A stretch of DNA of 64,000 nt from Oikopleura dioica (taxonomy: Eukaryota > Animalia > Chordata), in the NCBI GenBank assembly GCA_907165135.1, contig OU015569.1, positions 12,772,001-12,836,000 on the forward strand. Direction: 5' to 3'. How positions within the stretch are numbered: the first letter of the stretch is position 1; every line of letters starts with the position of its first letter. The notes under the pieces are model-generated. The model was not told where the DNA came from and searched no databases. It saw nothing but the letters and a program-made list of their open reading frames with translations. Below are positions 12,595 through 26,506 of this stretch, one piece after another. A program made the translations under genes and the position numbers.

Positions 12595-15539
12595 ATGAGT
12601 GAATCATCTAAAAAGAAAAAGGGTTTGAGTCTTAAACCTTCTACTCCGGCGCCTCGAAGTGATATGACTTGGTCTGATGTAGATGGAGAGCAAGAACTTG
12701 ACTCTTCTCAAACTACTTGCTTTCGAAACCAATTCAAAATGGTTAGATTCCTCTTTTTTCGCTTGTCTATGTTTTAGAAATCCGATTACGCGCGAAAGGC
12801 AAAGGTGAAAAGTTATTTGGACCAACTTGAAGGAAAGATTCAATCTGATTTCTTTTTTTATTCAATAAAGAAACCATTTGAATCTTTTAAGATTCGGCTA
12901 TGCCTATAAATCCGCGGAAGAAGACAAAACAGGACAGCGTAATTGACGCTCGGACTGAGGATGAAAAGGCTGCTAATCGCGCGTTGGCTCGGAGTGCGGC
13001 TAGAAAATTTGCGAGCAACCGCGACAGTCCTGCTGGTCCAGCTACACATTCTTCTGACGATGAGGTTGATCGTAATTCCTCTGATAGTGACGTAACTTTC
13101 GTCTCTGAAAAACTTCCAATAACTCCGACTACACCTTCAAAAAGTAAAGTTGTTCGACCGAAGGTAATTCCGACGAAAAAAGCAGCCTATCCTGCGAGAA
13201 ACAAGAAACGCAAATTCTCTTCAAGCGACGAATCTGAAGAACCGATTTCTGAGCGTCGAGCAGTGCGAGGCAAATCAAAGGCAAAATGTGCTTCTGGTAA
13301 AAAGAATGAAAAAGATGCCAGTGAACGATCGCAATCGCCGAAAAGTAAGCCTATTCCTCGCGCCCGACGATTGCAGAATGTTCCCCTTGGAGCGCTTTCC
13401 CAAATGGACTGGATGGATCGTCGGGATCCTAATGTGCCAAAAGGTGACAGTGTCGCACCGCCAAACGAGCCGATCGTCAAGCCGATTTTGGCGCAGAGTG
13501 AGTCTAATCTGCCTCGGGAGATTTCTATGAACAACGCGGTGTTTGAGCAAAGTGGGGTACCTGTTGATCTTATTGAAGGCGACGCCCCTCACATTCCGCT
13601 TAATCTAACGCGAAAATCTGATACGGATAAGGTCCAAGAGCAGTTGGCTTCAATTCGACTCGCACCGAAGTCTGCCAGAAAAAGTCGACACAGCGAGAAG
13701 AATAAAAATACGATTGAATCAAACAAATATCAATCTTCCCTGTCAATGGTACCTGAAGAGACTGAAGAGGAGCAGTATCCTCGCGATCATGAAGATTCAA
13801 TCACTGAAAGCGAGGAAAGCGATGGTGAACTACGAATGAAAATAAAGGGGCTAGAACAGGAGAAACCTATGTGGTATCTCAATCGATTCCAGTTGCGACG
13901 GTTTTTTTCGGCTGCTTATGATTCGAAGAATGGCATTCGACCGAGCTTACGCGGCACGAGAATAGCCAATTTTCTGCAGCGTGTCGATAGAAAGCTCTCA
14001 AATGCAGAACGCGCAACTGCGGAACAAGATGATTCTCCCACCTATCGTGTATTCTTTGAAAATACTCCCAAATACAGTTCTTTCGATCCGTTCTACACGG
14101 AACCTGGTGCTTACACTGGTGTTTATGTTGAATGGGATCAATTGGGCGCTTTCAAACCATATTTTGCGGTGGATGGATTTGGAAATTTCTACATCCGCAT
14201 GCTTAAAATTTGGGTAAGTTCCTTCTGTTACAAAGCTTGCATAATATTAACTCTTAGGTCCACTATCCAAGCAGTGTGGAGGGAGTTGAAGGCGCTTGGA
14301 AACTCGTTGACTTTGCAGATCGTTCTTTGGGACATCCTGCAAAAGTACTAGCAGCTGTCAACAAGATACCAATTTACGCATATCCTTGGCCGACTAAAAT
14401 ACGCATTCGTTCTCTCGACAAAAGCCGTCCACTCACAATTCTGGATCCTAATGGACCTTTCAAGGCTTCTGTTCTGCTCATTAACGGATTTATTCCTCTC
14501 GTTTGCGATCCACCCTACAAAAAACAAGCCGATCTTCTGTTTAACAACCCTGAGGTAATTTCTATATAGTTGATTTTCTTTCTTTTAGTAGTATCTTTAG
14601 GTGTTGGACGTTCTTTGTGACTCTGATATGACAAACGAAAGACCAAATCAATCGCAAGTGGATGCTGTCAATACCCGACTGGAGAACTTCGTCTGGCGGT
14701 GCATTCCAAGTGTCTTTAGGGCTGATCTCTTTGGAGTGACTGACGATAACAACGTCCCTTCGTCTGAGAACAAGACTGTCGAAGAGCGATTCCAGGTTCT
14801 TCAAAATAAATGCGATTCATTGTTTGGTGCCAAAGAAAGCCAGCAAAATAATGATCCATTTCAAACTAAGAAAAACCCTATTGACGTCGCCGTCGACCAG
14901 ATTCTTGAGGCTCTCCCGCCTATTTTCAAGCGGTATGAAGATTTCTGGCCTTCAAAAATGCTCATTGAAGCGCTTCTTTACGCAAACAGCACAAAGTGTT
15001 TCACCGAATCCACTGACTTGATGGCTATGGTGAGTTTTATTGTTACAAGTGTCATCATAACCTTGATTTAGATGGGCGTTTCCCGCGGAATCTCTGCAAA
15101 AATTATCGCTTGGCAGATTTGGGCTCAGTATCGTCCCGAAGAACTTGACAAAAAAGCCGTCAAAAAGGAGCTCATGAAAGTTCAGAAGAAGCTTGAAAAA
15201 GGTCTCAAGACGAAAAATTTAGGCGTGCCCACTCCAAGTGTCATGCATTCTGTTGCCCCTGAAAAATCTATACCATTGAAGAAAGGTAACTTACAGTCCT
15301 GATTAAATTCTAAAGTTTTATTAGCTGTGGAGTCCGCACGACCAAATAAACGTAGCCAAAGTACCGCTGACACTCTCGAGCAAGAGATTCCTGATCCTTT
15401 GTTGGTTGGTGGTACTCGACGCGGAGTGAATCGCAATGAAAATCGTTTTGGTTTCTTTAAAACACACCCCAAATCATCAACTACTGCGCCCACACCTCCA
15501 TCTCTTATCTCATCTTCAAACTCCGATGATTCTTCTTAA
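12595..15539 (+). CDS. Large multi-exon ORFan: disordered basic/acidic N-half, apparently globular C-half
   Basis: Track ORFs 12595, 12900, 14276, 14601, 15072 and 15327 are joined by GT-AG micro-introns (e.g. KIW|VHYPSS, NNPE|VLDVL, LMAM|MGVSR). Confidence 0.7.
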
Positions 15540-15585
15540 TAACCTGCATTAACAATTTTTGTTAGTACGTAATTTATTTCAGAAA

Positions 15586-17372
15586 ATGACCCGTTTATTC
15601 GGACTTATTTTGTTTTTACCGTTGTGTCTATCGATGTTTCCGTTCGACTGTCCCGATTTTATGCATGCTCCGAGCAATCATAAACAGTGGTGTATGTTTC
15701 GAATTGGTGTCGATCATTGTTATGATGGTGATGAGTCAACAAGTACTACCACTCGTCCAGCTACGCGGAAAACAACAACAACCACCGAGGAAGCAAAGAC
15801 GAGTACAACAACTGAAAGTACGAAAGCTGCAACGACTACTCTGAAGACCTCAAGTTTCACTCCTTCTTCTGCGATTAGCACTTCTACCATAGAAAAGACA
15901 ACGACTGAGGAAACAAAGACAACGACTGAGGAAGCAAAGACAACGACTGAGGAAGCTAAGACGACAACTGAGGAAGTTAAATCACCTACTACAGAGAGTA
16001 CCGTCGCTTTCACGACTTCTTCTTCGTCGTCCAGTCCAAATACAACAAGCGCAAGTCCAATTGAAGAAACAACTTTTACTGACTCGATTGATTACGTAAC
16101 CGAATCAATGAATTCCTCGGCGGAAACAATCAAGCCAGATTTTTCACCCCTGAAAAAAAATTTGTTGTTCAGGTGAGCTTTGTTGTTAAGGTAGCCTTGG
16201 GAACGTGGTGGCAAAATGATGCATGGTATGATAATTTTCATGGTGGCCCAAAACCCTATGGTGGTATCTGAGACATTTCATCTACCACCATGCAATTTAA
16301 CCCTACCATGGTAGATTTTGCCACCACGTTCCGAAAGGCACCATGCGATTCCAAAAAAAAATCTGGGCGGAAAAAAAACCTCGAAATTCCGCAAGTTGAA
16401 AAATTTGAAATGATTAATTTGCGTTTTTCGCGCGTCCTTATATACAAATCTATTTCCGCTAAATATAGGTTAAATAAACAAATGAGTCATTTTACTCACC
16501 GAACATTTCCTGCATTTTTGTAAAATCAAAACAATTAGGTTCATTTCCAGGAATCGTTTCCGCTATTTTAGTTAGAACAAATAAAAAAACTGGGGAATGA
16601 ACGAGAGTAACCTCATAATCAAAACACTTCATGACCTACTAACCTATTGACCCATATCTTATCAACGTTATTTTAGCGCGTTTACTTTCGCTTTACGATT
16701 GACACTGTTAACGGCGATTGTTTGTGTGTTTCGGCAGTGGTATTTGGCGTTCACCAATCGCGATCAAGCCGATAAAGACTTTATCACACGATTCAACACC
16801 GCAACACGCTTTGTTTTTCGTGAAATTCTCTGCCTGCGTCTGTTTGAAAAACCAAAAATGGTGTACAACATAAGCTACTCTCGCGGTGGAATTACTGGAG
16901 CTTCTGCAACTACAAATATTCCCGGCGAAAACTATGCTTCCGATAACGTTGACACTCACCCACCTGGATATATTCCAGGCCGAAGAACTATTCAGCAACC
17001 ACCAGCAGTTAACTCATCTCGAGCGGACAATGTCATTTACTTCGATGAAACTGTTACGTTGGAAGAGGCTCGTCGTAAAACTTACGAATCAAGCCTTAAA
17101 TTTGGAATCGATAAAGAACGCGTGGATCAAATTTTCAGCAAAGATTGGGTCCCTGATGAACAGACGGTTGATCAGGAAAATACAAGTGCGGAAAAGACTG
17201 ATGAAGTATCGCTAGATCACGATCTAGAAAAAACGAAGACGTGGAAAAAGAGCCGATGGCAAGTGACGCTTTCCTACCAAAGCCAATATGTAAGTCTTAT
17301 AATGAGTTATTCCATTATTACTCTCGTTTAGCACAAGATGAAAACCACAAAAAGTCGAAGTTTGCGCGAGTG
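15586..17372 (+). CDS. Putative type I membrane glycoprotein: signal peptide, small Cys domain, Thr-rich mucin stalk, TM helix, tail (may extend past 18000)
   Basis: MTRLFGLILFLPLCLS signal-like start, TTEE(A/T)K repeats, and intron 16173..16676 joining in frame to LLFSAFTFALRLTLLTAIVCVF. Confidence 0.65.
16196..16338. repeat. Short foldback/MITE-like palindrome in an intron
   Basis: ggaacgtggtggcaaaat ... attttgccaccacgttcc inverted arms with internal catggt/accatg repeats; no clear TSD. Confidence 0.6.
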
Positions 17373-18002
17373 AAAGACTTCATGGCAAGGTCAATTTCTC
17401 CATTCAACGATAAAAAGAAAAGAAAAAAGAAAACGATTCCCAAAAGCAATGAAGCGTTCAAATTGAGCATTGGATCTTCTGACGAAGAACAAACAGATGT
17501 CGAGGGTGAGTTTGCTGGTAGCATTGTCAATCAAACGCCCACTCTCTCAGAACAAGAATGCCTTCCTCATCTGGTTTATGAAGATAAAACGGCAGGAGAA
17601 GAGAACAACAACGAGAGTGAAAAAATGTTCTCCGAACGAGAAGTTGATTTAAAACTTGATAAATCACTTTTTTCGCGTTCTCATAAGACTCGTCTAACAC
17701 AGCGCAATATCCGCTCTCCTCGACTTGGCCACAAACCACATCTTGAGTCTCCACTTGTTCAATCATTTTCGCGAACGGACAACGTCAGAAGTCAATCCCA
17801 TATCAAAACGGAAGCTAAACCTAACGTGACGGTGTCTGATGACGAAAAGGAAGTTCATGACGCCGATACACCAAAGAATTCCTGCGGATTCAAGAACAAC
17901 AAAAACTCCCCGACTTCAAAGGTAAATATCCGTTTTGGTATTTTGATCCCGAAAATATTTAATCTCCATTTAAAATCAGTTTCCTCAAGTCTGGGTGTCT
18001 AA
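17241..18002 (+). CDS. Disordered charged ORF, probably the frameshifted continuation of the glycoprotein tail
   Basis: Overlaps the 16699 ORF; one extra A in the run at 17228..17233 would fuse them. Confidence 0.5.
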   Translation: MEKEPMASDAFLPKPICKSYNELFHYYSRLAQDENHKKSKFARVKDFMARSISPFNDKKKRKKKTIPKSNEAFKLSIGSSDEEQTDVEGEFAGSIVNQTPTLSEQECLPHLVYEDKTAGEENNNESEKMFSEREVDLKLDKSLFSRSHKTRLTQRNIRSPRLGHKPHLESPLVQSFSRTDNVRSQSHIKTEAKPNVTVSDDEKEVHDADTPKNSCGFKNNKNSPTSKVNIRFGILIPKIFNLHLKSVSSSLGV

Positions 18003-20090
18003 ATATTATCTCGGGCTCATCATTATTTCAATTTATGAGATGATTGGGAACGGAAAGTAATCACTGAACCTTGCCACAATTTCCGTAGTTTCAATAACGA
18101 CCCACCATTCCTAAAGCCAAAGGTACAAACAAAGTGAGTGCGATAACTTGCAATTTGTTGATTTCGATCTTTTTTACGGATTTTGCTGATAAAATCAGTT
18201 ATGGGAAATTGAGAAGGTTGTAAAACACTGCGGTCATGTTTTTTATATTACTCTGAAGTACCCTGCAATACACAGTCAAAGCTCCCGCGCTCGCGCGCAA
18301 AGATCAAAACAACATCTGCTTTTCGTTCTTGCGCCATCTTCTTGCTCTTTAACGCTATCGCGCCAAAGTACTAAATAAAACCAAGTCTCTTCCCTTTACC
18401 AAAGTACAAAACAATCTTCTTCTACAACTTTCAAGCACTTCTATCCTTTTTACAAGTATGATCCTCAACGTCCAACAAATCAAGCCCGAGTCCTCCAACA
18501 AAAAGACAATGCGACGACTTCGAAAGTTTCTACGAAAAACTTTTTGGTCAAAACTTTGCGCTACCCTATTGGGGAAATCGAGCGAGGACTTAACGTCGAC
18601 TCTGATATCGAGCAACGACCTGGAGCCATTGATTCTGCTGCCGTTCGCTATCTTACCCGTGTGAGAAACCCGTATGCTCCCGAAGATGAACCCGACTCAC
18701 TCATGACTCGCATGAGCGAGGAAGAGTTACGATACGCCACAATCAGACGTTCTTACTCTTTTAGATACAAGTATTCAAACAACTTCATTTTCCCTTTGTA
18801 ATGTTTACGCTCCCAGTATTGACAACCTGCCGCTTTTCGCTACCATTCTACAATACGTTTGATTCCTGATCTAAATTATGTTTCAATTATTTTCTTCCTA
18901 CGCGATATTTTTTCTCATGCCCTAAATCTGTTATTTTGACCCAAATAAAATCTAAAAACAAATTTACGAATCTCAGCGGGTTATTTCCTGCAGCGCCCTC
19001 TCCCATTTTTTCTTCATAAAACAGGCTGATTTTCGTTCATTCTCAGAATTATTTCAAAAATGTAATTGATAAAAGAAAAAAACCCAGTACCAACTTGTGA
19101 GAATGAACGAAAAATGAACCAAATATGTCGAAGAAGACCTCGAGAAAAGTCAGAATATTTTCTTTTATGTTATCATAACTATTCTAAAATGTCACGTTAA
19201 CAATTTCTGAACAGTATGTGCAATCAGTCTTTTATATTCAATAATTAAAAATTATAAAATGTTTCAAAAAGCTGAAAGAGTTATAGAGTTGAAAAAGGGT
19301 TTATCATTAAAAATATAAAATGTAGCAAAATGTTTCGAAATGCGGTATATTTTTCATCGGATATTAAATATAAAATGTTCCCAGATGCATTTTCATGCTG
19401 AAGTTTCTTAATTTCATTTTACTTTCAAATGAATCAATGTGTAAAAAGATCCTATCTAACTTCTTCGGATTTATAACTGTGCTTTAAATGAAAACTGAAT
19501 GAAAATGATTTTCTAGACGCGTTCCACTCTTTTATATATTGCAATAAAATGAAGCTTAATACCTTAGCGATTTGATGACGGTCGTCTTTCCATTATATCC
19601 TTTAAAATGAACCTATTGGCAAATTAATTCCTATACCATGGCACCTGATAATTAAATAAAATGTCGCAATTTTCTTATTTGTCGATTTACCGTTCTTCTA
19701 GGATAAAAAATGAATCTGATGGTAGTTTTAAACCAAATCCATGGCACCTTATTATTATTATTAAAATGCTCTACTAAAACTTCATTCTGTCTCGGTTTCA
19801 AATTAAATCCCTTTTATTTAAAAAACAATTTATTCCTTGTTGTTTTGATCTTTGCAAGTCACATACCTAACACCAATGCAGGAAACAACGAACACCAAAC
19901 TACCAAACAACCTAACTGCGAAAAGCGAAAAAGTGCTTTATTTTAGTTAGATGCATAAAAACCTGCCTGAATAGATAAAAGTATTCGAATGATCACAATA
20001 GTTAAACACAATCAGTTCAAATTATCAGATTTATTTGATTATTGAGTACATAAAGAGTACAAGAAATCAATGTTTTTCATTCTTTTGCAG

Positions 20091-20582
20091 CTACTTTTCT
20101 TTCTGGAGACGGTTGAAGTCTTCAATCTTTGCGGCAAGCCAGGGATCGATTTCTCGTGGGACAGCAAACTCATCCTCATCACTCTCGATTTCCTTGCCAG
20201 ATGAGTGCTTGGCAGGTCGGAATTCGTGCATCAGAGCTTCCACGATTGCTGGGGGTTTTGACTTTGCAGATCTTGCAAGATCGCAAACGATGTAAAATCC
20301 GTCGTCCAAGAGGTCGTCGATAAAAATCTGCTTCTTTTTGCAAATCGGATTCGAGCAGTGTCGCGACTTAAGACAGCTTAAAAGATCGTAACTTGCCTGG
20401 CTGGGCCGGTCTGCATTGATCTCGATCGCTTGGTAATTGATCGAAGAAACCGCTTTCAAAAGTTCATCGCTAGTTTTCTTGATGAACACAATTCCTTGCT
20501 TCTTATCAGCGGTTGCGTTACATGCATCAGAAGGTGGCGTTGTCGGTGGCAAGGGGGGTTTTTGGGAATTCGCGTGAAACAT
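20091..20582 (-). CDS. ORFan on the opposite strand of the accessory arm
   Basis: 163-aa ORF with an HCSNPICKK motif; no recognisable family. Confidence 0.5.
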   Translation of the reverse strand: MFHANSQKPPLPPTTPPSDACNATADKKQGIVFIKKTSDELLKAVSSINYQAIEINADRPSQASYDLLSCLKSRHCSNPICKKKQIFIDDLLDDGFYIVCDLARSAKSKPPAIVEALMHEFRPAKHSSGKEIESDEDEFAVPREIDPWLAAKIEDFNRLQKEK

Positions 20583-20698
20583 TTTCTCGTTTTTTAGCTA
20601 TCTGATATTTTATAGTAAATAACGATAGGAGAGCAAAGGTGTGGGTCTTCGCAACTCACGAGCGACGCTTGAAATAACACTTCTTTTAGACTGATGAC

Positions 20699-22375
20699 TT
20701 GACAATCAGCGAACATGCAGCAATGCTCGGTGGAGATGGCGGATTTAAAAATCATGCTTCATATGCTGCTGGCGTTACTGCGCGAATTCGTAGTAAACTA
20801 GGCGATTTTGGAGATGTTGACTCACCTGGTCTTCAAGCCAAATTGATGGAAACTTTCATTCGACACGAGGCAGATAAAAAAAGAGGTGAAGCAAGAAAGA
20901 ACCGAAAAGTGGGAGGAATTCGAAAGCGAACCCTTTTCTCCTATTTCCGATAAGCTAGAAAAGATGCGAACTGAGAATGTGATAGCTCAAGATTCGTCGA
21001 TGACTAAGTTCAAGGTCAAGGCCACATCACCCGAATACAAGTTCAATGAGCAAGAATCAAAACAAGTTGCTGCGCCCACTGACGATGCATCGGAACCTCC
21101 GACTTGTTCAACCTCACAACACGATTCATCAGAATCAAAGCAAGAGGTAAAGAGAAATTCTGATTATTTTTATGTTTTTATTACGTTCTAAGATCCGGTC
21201 TTTACTTGCTGCAGTGCCAAAGCCAAGAAGTATGTTAGAAGAGATGGCTAAAAAACCAGTTTTTTTCCCTCCACAACCCAGACCACCGACTCCACAAGAA
21301 TCTCTTCCTGCTCCAGCAGCTGGAGGATTTAATGGCCCGACGAGATTTCCGGTTATACCGTTGCGCCCGAATGCGCCTAAGAAGCCGCTGATTTATGAGA
21401 TGCCAATTGTTACAGAAATGTAAGTTTTATTTTCTTTTTCATTAAATGACTTTTGAAAAGGGTTCGTGAACGTCGACAGCAGGAAGAGGACGAAGAACGT
21501 CGACGCTATTATGAAGAAGAAAATAATAAACAGCGTACTTTTGGTAAAGGAGGCTCCAACCTCACTCCACCGGACCCATTTGATAGAAAAGAAGCTGCAT
21601 ATTTTTCATTTGGACGCCCTGAAAATTCAAATGAAGACGATCGAGACGAAAATGCTCAAATTGGCTTTGGTGAGAATGTAATAATAGACGAAATCGCACT
21701 GGCTGAAAGATTAAAAGAAGGCTCTCCTACCAGAGAGGAAATTTTGGAATCAAAAGAAGCTTTTACGACAATGCCTGTCCCAGACGCTCTCAATAAGAAG
21801 GAAAGTAATGATCAGGGTGGGACTGTTTCTTCGCCAACAACATCAGCATCGTCGAGCTCGTGGTTTTCTTCGTCGCCGTCTTCTTGGAATTCTTCAAGAA
21901 CTCTCACGAAGTCGACAAGTCAAAGTAGCGGAGGAACTTCATCTTATGACGATGATGAAGAAGATTTCGATGTTTATGATGATTATGAGACAGATCAACC
22001 GCAAAAGACGACTCAGGTGCTGCTTCTTCATGAAATAAAGAAAAAACGAATGGAGGAGCTTGCAACAATTGTCGAAGATAGCGACTCAGAGGCCGAATCC
22101 CTACATTCTTCACCGCGGGCATCTAACAGTCAATCAGTAGACTTACAAAAGGTAATCATATTCGACTGAAAAGATTTTTATCCATTTTTAGGAAGAAGAT
22201 GTGATGGAAATAGAAAATAATGACGTAAAGGCAAAGACAGATGAAGGGCCAAAGGCAGATGAAGAATTAAAAGCTGATGAAGAGCCAAAGAAAGAGGAGG
22301 ACGTTTTTGTACCACGAAGATCAAAACGTCAGAAATTTCAAACTGATTTCTATGGATATGGAAAGAAAAAATGAA
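20699..22375 (+). CDS. Multi-exon charged/disordered ORFan
   Basis: Adjacent ORFs 20699, 20886, 21172 and 21453 with GT-AG micro-introns between them; possible 1-nt frameshift at the A-run 20876..20882. Confidence 0.55.
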
Positions 22376-22756
22376 TCACTTTCTCCATATTCTGAACCTC
22401 AATATTAGGGACCTTATCACTTATCACAGTTTCGTTAAAATTCACGTTGCCAGCCAACTTGGAGGCGAACGTTCACTTACCCTTCTCCTATCTGTGTTCA
22501 AATACCGGCAAGCGACATTCTTTCCGATATCACACCTTAACCAATTCCCATAATACATCCGCGCAATGGCGGTCACTTCTTTTCATCTTTGACTTCCTAA
22601 AAAACAGAATCTATCCTGTATCGTTTGATGCTCTTCGAGGGTGTCGCTGTTAAAAGTAAACTTGAGAAGTGGGGATTTTTCACTGTCGAACATTTTACGT
22701 TTAGTAAAGAAATAAATCAAAAAATCAAACGAATTAATGTTTTATTTTATCGATAA

Positions 22757-25700
22757 ATGAAAGGATTTAATGAAAACATAGAGGACAAATCTCACGAGAG
22801 CATTAATTTTCCAGATTGTCAAGAGAGAGCCGACATTTTTGATCGACCAAACGATTCTTACGATGGATTACGAGCGGTTCGAGTACTTTCAAGAGAACGA
22901 TCGACGTCGGTATCAGAACTTGCTCTGGGAGAGACAGTTTCGAATTCAATCAGCACCAGCGTTGTTACCTCAAACACAAACGTTTCCAGAGAGCGAGAGT
23001 TTGATTTCAATGTCAACCAGTTCGAATGCGAGCGAAAGTTCCTCGATCTTGACAGTGGTCGAATCGTCGGCGGAGCGCTTGCCAGTGGAGCAAGTACCAT
23101 TGAACCAAACAAGGGTAATGAGGGAGACTTTATCAATTTCGAGCAGCTTTCAAGAAATAGCGCGCACAATGCTTTTGAGAATTCAAGCTCATCGTCGAAC
23201 CGATCTAAAACGAATCACAATATTCCTGGCAATAATCTCTTTGCTCCTATTACTAACATTGGTGCTTCTGAGCCAGTTTCGCTTGCACTAAACAACCCGT
23301 TTTCTTTGCAGCTCGATTGCGATAAAAAAGAAATTCTTATAATGCGAAAAGATTACAACTTGAGGATTCCTTCTATTTATCGTAAGAACCGTTTTCACGA
23401 GTCCGAGCTGCATTTGCACACTCACTATGAAAATTCTGCTGCCGATTTCACATTGCCGCTTCAGAAACTAGAACGTGCTTTTATTGGAGATGCGCTTAGA
23501 CATAGATATGTGTTTAAGAATTCGGCTATGGACTTTAAGCAGCACATCAAATCTCCAGTTAATGTGAAGCTGACTAGTGCACAATGGTCAAGATGCGCCC
23601 GAAGAGTTGCAAAGAATATTACTGGGGCCAGCCTGTTTTACCCGTATCGTGACAACTGGGAGTCGACGTCAGCTGCTGACACGAAGCTCTATTCAAAAAT
23701 CTTCTCTTCAGACGATTCTGGTGATGACTATCAACTGCGATTTCTCGATATACCTGCTTTAACCCAGAACATGTCATTTGAGGAATCTTCATCTTGTCTC
23801 GCTCTTTTAGAGTCTTACTGCAGTCTCCTAAACCCACACTTCATTAGAAGAACAATGACAGAAAAGAATGTCGATGGAACAAGCCGCAAAGTACAGAAAC
23901 TAAGAGTTATTACTACAAATGTACAGTTTCTGAGTCCAGTAGAAGATCACTGCTCAACTGATGGATGTAATCAATTTATCTCCAACATCCTTCGCTTAGA
24001 CGAGTTAGTAAATGAAGCTGGTGATTATCAAAACGATCCTGGCTTTATTGAATACAATGCTGTAGATATCACGATGGAATACTACTCACTCTGGGAATTT
24101 ATCGCTGGTAAACTCTATCTGAACGCTGGAAAAAGGAATGACGCTGCTGCAGAAGTAGATGAAATAAATCGAAATGTGAATGAGCCTTTCAACGACTTAT
24201 ATGAGGATATACAAGTGACACAAAGGGCAAGAGATATTCTTGAATCACGACGCGGTCCAATCGAAACAACTTATGCGGATCCTTGTTCATACAAGTTAAA
24301 CGATCGTTTATATTACGATCCATATGGCGAACAACGATTTATGAAATACAATTATGAAGCAAGTCGTTACTCGGTCAAGCCTTATCGTCTAGCAGAAACC
24401 GACCTCTTCGCTTACACAGCATTGATCGGTGTTCTTATTCAAGCAGTTGTACCGTACTACATTCCTTCACAACTGATGAGCGGCAATCAAAGTAGTCAAC
24501 TTGCCAATCTTTTCGTTGACGATGTCGATTGTGATGTGAACGCCGAAAATAATTATACTCGCAAAATGAAATCTGATTGGCGCGCCGGTCTAAAAGCAAT
24601 AAAAAGACCAAAACTGGTGAACGAAGAAATGCTTAAACTTGAGAAATGTTTTTGCACCGACGCTCGCAATAGCTGCTACTCGAAGATGTTCCAGTTAGAC
24701 ATATTCAAATATGAAGTAATTAGGGACCATTGCCCAAATTGTCATATCGGTTACTTGATCACCCTCGCGAAAAATTTTCACGATCAAACCGACAGAGAAC
24801 ACTCGAAATTGCGCAGAATCTACTCTCAGCCGGTCGACGCATCTATTCAGGACCCACCAAAGATCAAAACAAAACGACACGCACTGCGACTATCACTATA
24901 TTCACATATCAAATTTGTGCAAGATCTTTTCAGCCGATCGCAGTCGCTCTATCACTCATATGTGACGAAGTGTTATTCAGTTGGATTGGCGTCTCTGCCA
25001 ACTAAATCATCATGCTTCCAAAATCTTGTTGGTTGCAACGGTTACGCGAAAATTGATGACGGGCAACTACCAACTCTTTGTTCACGATGTTTAAGTGGCT
25101 TAAACTCAACTCAAAATCGTATGGCGACAATACTCAAATGGCGGGAACCTGTGCACAACGCCGTTATTCGAAAACGACAGTTACAGTTTAATACTCTTAT
25201 ATCGGAGAACGCAGAATTCGATGAGATTTTCATTCACGATGTTGTCGCCAAGAAGAACCAAGTAAGTGCGATTCATAAACATAAATTTGTTCCATATTTT
25301 TAACTCTCTGTCGCTTCAATGAAGTTCTCTTTAGCGACAAAAACGAAAACAAACATGGGAAACGGAAGGCTCAGAAAAGATAGAGTCAAACTTTCCTTCA
25401 GCTGCCAAAAAAAGCAACCGAGAGATAAAAACTGCAAGGTAAGATACTCACACCAAGTCCGATTTAGAGAGAGAATTTAGTGACAAACCCTCAACGTCAA
25501 ATGGTGGAAATTTCGCCGAGAAGGTCGCCACTAGTGGACAACAATCGCCATGTTCAACAACAAGAAGAACCACCACAGAATTTTACGACAGCAGATCAGC
25601 CTCTAGAACAGGTTTGACATTTAAAAATTACTGATACTAATAAGAGCTAAGGAGAAAGAAAACATACCTTCAGCGATGATATCGGACGACAGCGACTCAG

Positions 25701-26506
25701 CCCAGACACAACCCCCCAGCCCACCGTCGGACGAAGTGGAGTCGCCCCCTCCTACGCCACCAAGTCCAATGATGGAAGACGCTCCTCCTTCGCCGCTGAG
25801 TCTGACATGGGAACGACATGCTCAAACACCACCTCCTTCGCCCCACACAGTGTTTTCAGAGAAATTACGACAAATTCAAGAATTGAAAGCGGAAGATTTA
25901 CCAGAACGATGGCAAGTCAGAAAGAATCAGTTAACGAGCCTGGAGGAATACTTTCCGAACTACTCCCCCAAGGTGACTCAAGAAGAAACAATGTCCAAAG
26001 AGTCAACGCGCCAGGCACAAACTTCGAAAGTGTGCTTCGAGAAAGTAGTGGAAGCGGAACCTTTTCATCTTTTCGACGGTCACTCGAGAAACAACCCAAT
26101 CAATTCCCCGTGGTATTGCCGGATAATTTTTCGACCGGGCGAGATAAAACTTCTTCCAATAACGAACTTGGGAGTTGTAGCTATTCCAGCAAAACCACGC
26201 TCAAACTCACCATGCCAGAATGTTCAATGCCAGAAAACAATCGAGGAGCTCCACAAATATTACCAATTGGAAATAGAGAGAGCGCGCTTTTACAGGGAAG
26301 AACCCTCACCACCTCCTCTACCGATTTTCTCCAGCCTTTTCAACCAACAACAAACACACAAACCGGATTGCGATTCGCCAGGACCCTCGGGATTGAGCAT
26401 AATGAAAGAAGACCACCTACAGCAACGCCAACCTATTACCGAATCTCAAATGAGCGAAATCCAATCATCCGAACCGCCAGCCAAGAAGCTCCGCATGGAT
26501 CATTAG
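22757..26506 (+). CDS. Large (~1,200 aa) Cys-rich ORFan with Pro-rich C-terminus and terminal NLS-like motif
   Basis: 848-aa ORF spliced through three micro-introns (last 25612..25651) into the 25676 ORF. Cys pairs CSTDGC, CFC...C, CPNC, CSRC; ends PPAKKLRMDH*. Confidence 0.7.

Noticed and set aside
18900-20000. Decayed transposase in the AT-rich gap
   Set aside because: No catalytic motif, TIR or TSD could be found; left unannotated.
20340-26240. Shared CxxxxC motif (HCSNPIC, HCSTDGC, PCQNVQC) as a paralogous domain family
   Set aside because: The motif is too short and the flanks do not align; chance resemblance is likely.
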